From positions 30,001-62,000 of the forward strand of contig JALDRA010000002.1 in the NCBI GenBank assembly GCA_031316235.1: a stretch of 32,000 bases of DNA. Direction: 5' to 3'. The DNA is from Candidatus Scalindua sp. Its GTDB lineage: Bacteria; Planctomycetota; Brocadiia; Brocadiales; Scalinduaceae. Both the position numbers and the translations under genes were made by a program. The notes beneath the pieces were generated by a model. That model saw only the letters and a program-made list of their open reading frames with translations. It did not search any database and had not been told where the DNA came from. Of the stretch, positions 26,753 to 32,000 are shown in pieces (position 1 is the first letter of the stretch; each line of letters starts with the position of its first letter).

Positions 26753-27146
26753 TCATTTGATTTGTTGTTCTCTTATTTTCTTTCTGATAAATGACAAAAA
26801 TACTCTTAGTGCTGTTTCCGGATTATCTGGTAGTTTACTCTCTGTAACATTATCCTCCGTTTCTTCATGGCTATGTTTTGGAAAGTCTTAATTTTAGACC
26901 ATTTCTTATGAGGGGAGAAGCATTATCATGTCTGTAAATTGTATTTCTCATATTTCTTTGCTCCCAGTGAAGAGAATAATTGTTTTCCTCAGAATAAAAA
27001 ATATCTACAAAGGTACTATCTATAAGTTTAAGCCTCAGTTTTCTTGCTCTACCAGTATAGCTATAAATAATTTCTGAATTGTCAATTATGTCGTCATATT
27101 CTTTATCAGCTAATTTCTTAAGATCTTTGTAAAGACTTAATATCAC
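26753..27146 (-). pseudogene. TumE/DUF6516-like toxin gene. The track ORF (26871..27146) ends early, and the conserved-looking C-terminus continues through two frame changes.
   Basis: Frame 1 reads ...YSLHWEQRNMRNTIYRHDNAS. A second frame reads PHKKWSKIKTF. A third frame reads FPKHSHEETEDNVTESKLPDNPETALRVFLSFIRKKIREQQIK* with its stop at 26753..26755. Joined, they give the remembered DNAPH...FPHHKH pattern of the family. The shifts lie at the C4 run (26912..26915) and near 26880. Confidence 0.45.
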
Positions 27147-27411
27147 TCTCTATTTCCTTTATCTCAACGTCTATGTTTTGTATCTCAATAAGGTCTTCCC
27201 AAGATGGATGTTCTGGTACTTTACCTCCCTTTATCTTATCTTCAAATTCTTGTACCGTATCGACCTCATATCTTGCTAGGATCTCAATCTTTTCTATCTG
27301 CAAATTTCTCTTTTTTTCTTTCAAGGCAAGCTTTGATCCCAAAGTAATAAATTCATCAGTAGACATTGAATATTTTTTTGCAATTATATCAACAGCGTCT
27401 GTTAGAACCAT
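27118..27411 (-). CDS. Small coiled-coil protein (97 aa), putative partner or antitoxin of the TumE-like gene
   Basis: AAGGAGA lies 7 nt upstream of ATG 27411. The gene overlaps the downstream gene by 29 nt. The product is MVLTDAVDIIAKKYSMSTDEFITLGSKLALKEKKRNLQIEKIEILARYEVDTVQEFEDKIKGGKVPEHPSWEDLIEIQNI... The function is inferred from context only. Confidence 0.6.
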   Translation of the reverse strand: MVLTDAVDIIAKKYSMSTDEFITLGSKLALKEKKRNLQIEKIEILARYEVDTVQEFEDKIKGGKVPEHPSWEDLIEIQNIDVEIKEIESDIKSLQRS

Positions 27412-27717
27412 CTTATGTTCTCCTTTTTGTAACCTTTCAAATGGAGATCGTCAAGTTATTCATTATTAAATACATCAAGATTTTATCGATAAATTACCCC
27501 GATCCTATTTCTTGTGATGATTATGTAAATAGAAGCAAACAAAGTCAAGGATAAACGGCGTGGTCAAATAGTCTCAATACTTATCTTCATTGTAAAATAT
27601 AAATTGATTACTCTTCAAGTACTTCTTACTGTGTGGACATTCTCACAGGTATGTATAGTTTGTTTGAGTGTGAAGTAAGAATGCAAAACAGGACAAAATG
27701 ATAATAGCACACTTTTG

Positions 27718-27774
27718 TTTGAATGTCATTCAAACGCTCTTCCAACTGAGCTAATCCCCCGCTTGATTTGTAAG
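27718..27774 (-). repeat. Relic copy of the tRNA-Ala 5' half (positions 1 to ~43) plus 14 nt of 5' flank; direct repeat of 26281..26337
   Basis: The two 57-nt copies differ at 2 positions. One changes the anticodon from GGC to GAC and the other is in the D-loop. Similarity ends exactly at the 3' side of the anticodon stem. Confidence 0.85.
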
Positions 27775-28021
27775 TATAAGAAATGAAGCAAACAGTCAGC
27801 AAGGTTGACATTACCTGTTCAGTGTTCATCCGGCCGGATGAAATAGTTGATCTGTTCCCACGGTGGACGAAGTTTGTTGGAGGCATCAGGATACCCCCGG
27901 GATGATATACCCTTAACAAGGCTTTCACCCTGATAATTCGCGCTTCAGATGGTTCTTTGCCCGGATATACAGTACCGGGAGGCATAGAGTCATTCACTGA
28001 CTGCATGGGTGTTCTTAATTT

Positions 28022-28486
28022 TTACTCGTTGTCTCTTTTTTTACAAGTTTGCCAGAGAAAAAAATAGTACCTGAAACTTGAAATGAGAAGTGCACCACCT
28101 ATCGTTGTATACAAAATAGAGAGGTAGTGTTTCGGAATGGGAGAATGACGCAGAAAAATGCCCAGTGTAATCATTACAGAAATAAGCAGATAACTCTTCC
28201 ATGCCTGAAACGCAAAGATACATCTTTTGCCGTTGCTTAAACAGATGCGATCAATATTCTTCTGAGCAACGTAGGTAAATCCAAAACGGAAAAGGATACA
28301 GGCCAGGGCAATACCGATCAAACCATGTACCAGTGCAACCCGCCAGTGAACTAATTCAAGCCAGGTAAATGACAACCGGCAAAGCATCATTCCAATCATG
28401 CTCCAGGTTGCACCTGCCAGGCCAAGAAGCCACTTTTCAGAAACGGCTGGTTTCAGTCTTGTTATTAACACACTCTTACTTCTCAT
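28022..28486 (-). CDS. Small integral membrane protein (154 aa, about 4 TM helices), function unknown
   Basis: Hydrophobic segments are WLLGLAGATWSMIGMMLCRL, VALVHGLIGIALACILFRFGF, SYLLISVMITLGIFL and LSILYTTIGGALLISSFRYYFFLW. Confidence 0.65.
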   Translation of the reverse strand: MRSKSVLITRLKPAVSEKWLLGLAGATWSMIGMMLCRLSFTWLELVHWRVALVHGLIGIALACILFRFGFTYVAQKNIDRICLSNGKRCIFAFQAWKSYLLISVMITLGIFLRHSPIPKHYLSILYTTIGGALLISSFRYYFFLWQTCKKRDNE

Positions 28487-28942
28487 AATTCCGGGATATT
28501 CGAGTTATCACACTGCCTGTTACTATCTTAAAAACAGACAACATTGTCAAGGAAAATGTCTTTATTGTCTTCATGTGATACTCTCACCGGGACATAAAAA
28601 AATTTTCTCTTTTGTCTTGACACATTTTCTATTTTTGCCTTGAATACCAACGTTCATTGTTTTAGAATAAAAAACTTAAAGCAGGCAGTAACGTGTTGTT
28701 TATTGTGACATCTCCCTTTGAACTATTTCCCCTTTAGCTCAATATTCTCAATACCTTCCTGTTAAGTATATCTCGGTTAAGGTCTTTAGTAGTATCAAAT
28801 AACTCAATTTAAAAGATATTCTCTTCAGTTCCGCGCTGGAAAGTAAATCTCCTTGTTGTTGGTCTCATTCGACGGAAATGCATTGCGATTTGATGAAGGC
28901 ATTGTTCTTAATGAGAAAAGAGAAGCAGGCGGAAGCCAGAAA

Positions 28943-29707
28943 ATGATAATTGACCAAATCCTTGTGAACAAATTAGAAGAAATCGAAGACCCGGGAGAAC
29001 TGATGGCAGAGTTGTTCCGGCAGTTTGGTATCCGTGCCGCAATTGGTACCAGCGGACAATGGTCGGGAGTAGCCCTGATTGACATGGTGATCCGCACCGG
29101 GATCCCCGCACCAAATGTCTACACGGTAGACACCTTGCGTCTTTTTCCAGAAACCTATGATCTTATGCGTGAATTGGAGAAGCGATACAGGATTAAGATT
29201 AAAAAGGCTGTACCTGATTTTAACGCGGTAACCAAGATGGTTCGTGATCATGGAGAGATGATCTTTTTCAACAGCAAGGCCAAACAGGAGTATTGCTGTA
29301 AAATCCGTAAGGTTGACCCGAATAACAGGATTCTTGACACCCTGGATGTCTGGATTACGGGCATACGGGCAGACCAGTCAAACAGCAGATCTGAAATGAA
29401 ACGGTTAGATATTATAACGCACAGGCAGAATGACGGTACAGAGAGGCCTTTACTCAAGGTTACACCCTTGATTGAATGGACGGAAGAGGAGGTCAAGGAT
29501 TATGTGAAGAAACATAATGTACCGGCACACAAATTACTTGAGATTGAACGGGACGGATGGCATTACGCCTCACTTGGATGCATTATCTGTACGACTCCCA
29601 TCGGTCCTCATGAAACCCGACGGGCTGGACGCTGGAGATGGTTTAACTATGCCCTCAGCGATGATCATAAAGAGTGCGGCCTGCACCTCCCGAAAAAATG
29701 TGAATAG
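28943..29707 (+). CDS. cysH: Adenylylsulfate/phosphoadenylylsulfate reductase (CysH family, Fe-S cluster type)
   Basis: Family motifs are EYCCKIRKVDP, WITGIRADQSNSR, LGCIICT and the C-terminal KECGLH. The CC...CxxC cysteines are typical of the 4Fe-4S APS-reductase subgroup. I prefer ATG 28943 (MIIDQILVNK...) over the track's TTG 28853. Confidence 0.8.
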   Translation: MIIDQILVNKLEEIEDPGELMAELFRQFGIRAAIGTSGQWSGVALIDMVIRTGIPAPNVYTVDTLRLFPETYDLMRELEKRYRIKIKKAVPDFNAVTKMVRDHGEMIFFNSKAKQEYCCKIRKVDPNNRILDTLDVWITGIRADQSNSRSEMKRLDIITHRQNDGTERPLLKVTPLIEWTEEEVKDYVKKHNVPAHKLLEIERDGWHYASLGCIICTTPIGPHETRRAGRWRWFNYALSDDHKECGLHLPKKCE

Positions 29708-29736
29708 GAATGGTACGGTTCACATACCATTTTTTA
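29708..29736 (+). terminator. Intrinsic terminator after the cysH-like gene
   Basis: The stem-loop is GAATGGTA-CGGTTCACA-TACCATT, followed by a T-run (TTTTTAT). Confidence 0.55.
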
Positions 29737-29764
29737 TACGAAAACCAAAATGGATATTTTCTGA

Positions 29765-31090
29765 TTATTGATTTGAGTCTCTGTTTTTCGGTCTGAAGTA
29801 AAATTGCAGAGGTATTTCATGAAAAGGAAGTGTCTTACGCAGCTGGTTAGAGAGATAACGTTCATAATCTGCATTAAAGAAAGATTTATCGTTAACGAAT
29901 AAAACGAACGTTGGCGGGCAGACGTTTACCTGTGTGCTGTAGTAAATCTTTGCCACCTTACTCTTTTTCCTGGTTGGACGATGGAGGAGAAACGCATGTT
30001 CAATTGCTTTGTTCAATTCAGCAGTCGATATCCGGGTATTTGCCTGTTCAAAGAGTTCCTGGGCCAGGGCAATGGTCTCGATTACGTTAGATCCATTTAT
30101 CGCACTCATAAAAGACAAAGGGGAAAAAGACAATCCAGGCAGACGCGCCTGAACATACTTGGTAAACGTACTCGTCTCAACCTGCCCTGCAAGGTCCCAT
30201 TTGTTAATAACCAGAATACAGGGTTTGAATTGTGTTTTAATATAATCACCAATTTTCTTATCCACCTGGGAAATCTTCCGTGGCGCATCTATCAGCAATA
30301 TTACAACATCAGCACGGCGAATAGACCTCTCTACCCTCGCCATGCTGTAAAATTCAATGGAACCCTGGATCTGTTTCTTCTTTCTGACTCCGGCGGTATC
30401 GATTGCAATAAAAGGCTTTCCCTTAATCTCAAATTTTACATCAATCGAATCACGGGTGGTTCCGAGCGTCTCGCTGACAATCACCCTCTCTTCATGAGCA
30501 AGAGTGTTTATCAAGGTAGACTTTCCGGCATTTCTTTTCCCTACTATCGCAATCTTCATTAAGGGTTTTACGGCACTCACATTCGATGCTGCATCAGGGA
30601 AGGTTGCAACTATTTTATCCAGGAGATCTGTTTTACCGTGTCCCTCAACTGCAGAAATTGTTAATGATTCTCCCATCCCGAGCTTATAAAAAACACCCGC
30701 CTGAAGATCAAATTTTGGTGTATCGCACTTATTAACAACAAGAAGCAGTGGTTTTTTTATCCTTCTAAGTCTTCCTGCAATCTCAACATCCAGTGGTGTG
30801 ACTCCTTCACGAACATCAACAACAAAAAGAATAAGATCCGCTTTCTGAAGCGCCAGCTCAATCTGCGTTTCGATCTCGTATGTCAGATCATCTACGTCAT
30901 TAACACCGATACCGCCAGTATCAACGAGCTCAAACATTTTTCCATCATGCTCGATTTCTACAGAAACTCTATCTCTCGTAACACCGCTCACAGAATCAAC
31001 TATTGAAATCCGTTTTTTTGCCAGGCAGTTCAGGAGTGAAGATTTCCCTACATTCGGTCTACCAATAATAGTTACGGTTGGGAAAAGCAT
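29765..31090 (-). CDS. der: Ribosome-associated GTPase Der (EngA), with two GTPase domains and a KH-like C-terminus
   Basis: Domain 1 has GRPNVGKSS, DTGG and NKCD. Domain 2 has GKRNAGKST, DTAG and NKWD. The product is 441 aa. Confidence 0.92.
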   Translation of the reverse strand: MLFPTVTIIGRPNVGKSSLLNCLAKKRISIVDSVSGVTRDRVSVEIEHDGKMFELVDTGGIGVNDVDDLTYEIETQIELALQKADLILFVVDVREGVTPLDVEIAGRLRRIKKPLLLVVNKCDTPKFDLQAGVFYKLGMGESLTISAVEGHGKTDLLDKIVATFPDAASNVSAVKPLMKIAIVGKRNAGKSTLINTLAHEERVIVSETLGTTRDSIDVKFEIKGKPFIAIDTAGVRKKKQIQGSIEFYSMARVERSIRRADVVILLIDAPRKISQVDKKIGDYIKTQFKPCILVINKWDLAGQVETSTFTKYVQARLPGLSFSPLSFMSAINGSNVIETIALAQELFEQANTRISTAELNKAIEHAFLLHRPTRKKSKVAKIYYSTQVNVCPPTFVLFVNDKSFFNADYERYLSNQLRKTLPFHEIPLQFYFRPKNRDSNQ

Positions 31091-31281
31091 TGTTTACCAT
31101 TCTCATGAAGTTAAGGCTCATAAATCAGGAACTACAGCTTACCGTCACTGAAGTTGACCAATTTATCGGGGTTGATAAAATTGCAAGGTTTCGTTCAGCT
31201 ATATGGTGCTTGCACGAAAACCCTGTGTTTGAACGAAAACTATATACATAATACAGAAATCCAGGAAAACAAGAGAATATC

Positions 31282-32000
31282 TCAAAAGTTTTTTTGCTCA
31301 TTCCGGGATGGTTCAACAGGCGATGGTGTATCAGACTCTCCGGAAAATCCATTCTGAGAATGCCCTTGTTCGCTTGCCGTTTCTTCTCCTGTTTTCTTAT
31401 CGATTAATGCCCTGTGATTTATTCCCCCTGCTGACTCCTCATAATATACATCACCTGTTTCTGTACCATCGACATCCTTCCTTAAAATGAAGTAAGCAAT
31501 GGTACTGGCCGTTCCGGCAAAGACAACCACAAAACTTCCAACAACTGCCTTAACCAGCGTTAAATAGATAATCAGCATAAACGTGAAGAATTTCAATGAC
31601 CACGTAACGGATCCTGCCATTCCGCCTCTCACCTGAATGGCAGGATCCGCGTTCCCTGAAACCAGAGCCCGTATAGAATCAAATTTCTGCCCCATCCCGA
31701 ATCCTACCGTAGTGAATGAAGTCTGCATGATGAGACATGAAATGCCATTTAAAAAAAATGTAAAGAATACTCCGCAAAAAATAATACAGAGAAACAGAGA
31801 AACAAAATGTTTTGGCCTTGCAAGCACATAACTATACGACCTGCTCATTGCATCAAAACAATCAGAACCTTCAGCGCTTATTGTCGGAAACATAAGAAAA
31901 AAACCAATCAACCCGACAATCCCGATAAAGACAATGAGAACACCTGAAATAATTGCCAGGGGAAACCCCAGAGCAGCAGCAATTTCACCGACATATTTTG
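31282..32000 (-). CDS. Multi-pass membrane protein with an acidic, disordered C-terminal tail. The 5' end lies beyond the window.
   Basis: The frame stays open upstream of the track's TTG 31911 to the window edge (...KYVGEIAAALGFPLAIISGVLIVFIGIVG-LIGFFLMFP...). It has several hydrophobic helices. I recognise no family. Confidence 0.6.
   Translation of the reverse strand, partial: KYVGEIAAALGFPLAIISGVLIVFIGIVGLIGFFLMFPTISAEGSDCFDAMSRSYSYVLARPKHFVSLFLCIIFCGVFFTFFLNGISCLIMQTSFTTVGFGMGQKFDSIRALVSGNADPAIQVRGGMAGSVTWSLKFFTFMLIIYLTLVKAVVGSFVVVFAGTASTIAYFILRKDVDGTETGDVYYEESAGGINHRALIDKKTGEETASEQGHSQNGFSGESDTPSPVEPSRNEQKNF

Noticed and set aside
27626-28006. 126-aa minus-strand ORF downstream of the membrane-protein gene
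   Set aside because: Its C-terminal half is translated straight through the relic tRNA-Ala fragment. It has no Shine-Dalgarno and no recognisable motif. At most its first ~65 codons could be a remnant, which is not enough to call a gene.
28487-28942. Possible riboswitch (for example SAM-type) in the ~450-nt region upstream of the cysH-like gene
   Set aside because: I could not find the conserved SAM-I core or any other riboswitch core I know by eye. The region also serves a divergent promoter, so there is no support beyond context.
28853-28942. TTG-initiated 30-codon N-terminal extension of the CysH-like ORF, as given in the track
   Set aside because: The extension (MLLVSFDGNALRFDEG...) is not part of the family fold as I know it. 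An in-frame ATG at 28943 gives a normal-length protein, so the shorter start is preferred.
31125-31357. Short ORFs on both strands between der and the membrane-protein gene
   Set aside because: They overlap the 3' end of the 31282..32000 CDS or the intergenic spacer. They have no motifs and no RBS.

Overview
The window is mostly minus-strand and dominated by three very large secreted-protein genes, separated by small accessory islets.

(1) 1..8358 (-) is the 5' part of a gene encoding more than 2785 aa. It is absent from the ORF track because its stop lies beyond the left edge. It has a signal peptide, a long tandem array of carboxypeptidase-regulatory-like modules, and Ig-like modules.

(2) 8.4-10.7 kb is a REP/RAYT cluster. 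An HUH-Y1 REP-associated transposase is flanked by GTAGTTGC-hairpin repeats. A MazE-like antitoxin sits next to a truncated MazF/PemK gene, and there is an apparently intact small-antitoxin + PIN (VapC-like) pair.

(3) 10665..22187 (-) is a 3840-aa RHS/YD-repeat polymorphic toxin. Its N-terminal half carries CarboxypepD_reg, Big_5-type Ig and LVIVD-like beta-propeller modules. It ends in a 357-aa C-terminal domain that I cannot assign to a known family and that includes a Gly/Ala-zipper segment. No cognate immunity gene is visible.

(4) 22302..25301 (-) is a 999-aa signal-peptide protein made of Ig-like repeats. It is in the same reading frame as the RHS gene and separated from it by a single TAG. 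That TAG falls inside a recognisable repeated domain, so the two ORFs look like one 4878-codon gene interrupted or recoded at one codon.

(5) 25.3-26.2 kb is a visibly AT-rich, ORF-free leader.

(6) tRNA-Ala(GGC) lies at 26251..26323 (-). A duplicated 5' half plus upstream flank lies 1.4 kb away. The two copies bracket decayed toxin-antitoxin remnants.

(7) Housekeeping genes follow: a 4-TM membrane protein, an Fe-S type APS/PAPS reductase (CysH-like), the GTPase Der/EngA, and a partial membrane protein running off the right edge.

I saw no CRISPR array and no rRNA. All calls come from reading the sequence and remembering family motifs; nothing was searched against a database, and I cannot assign taxonomy.
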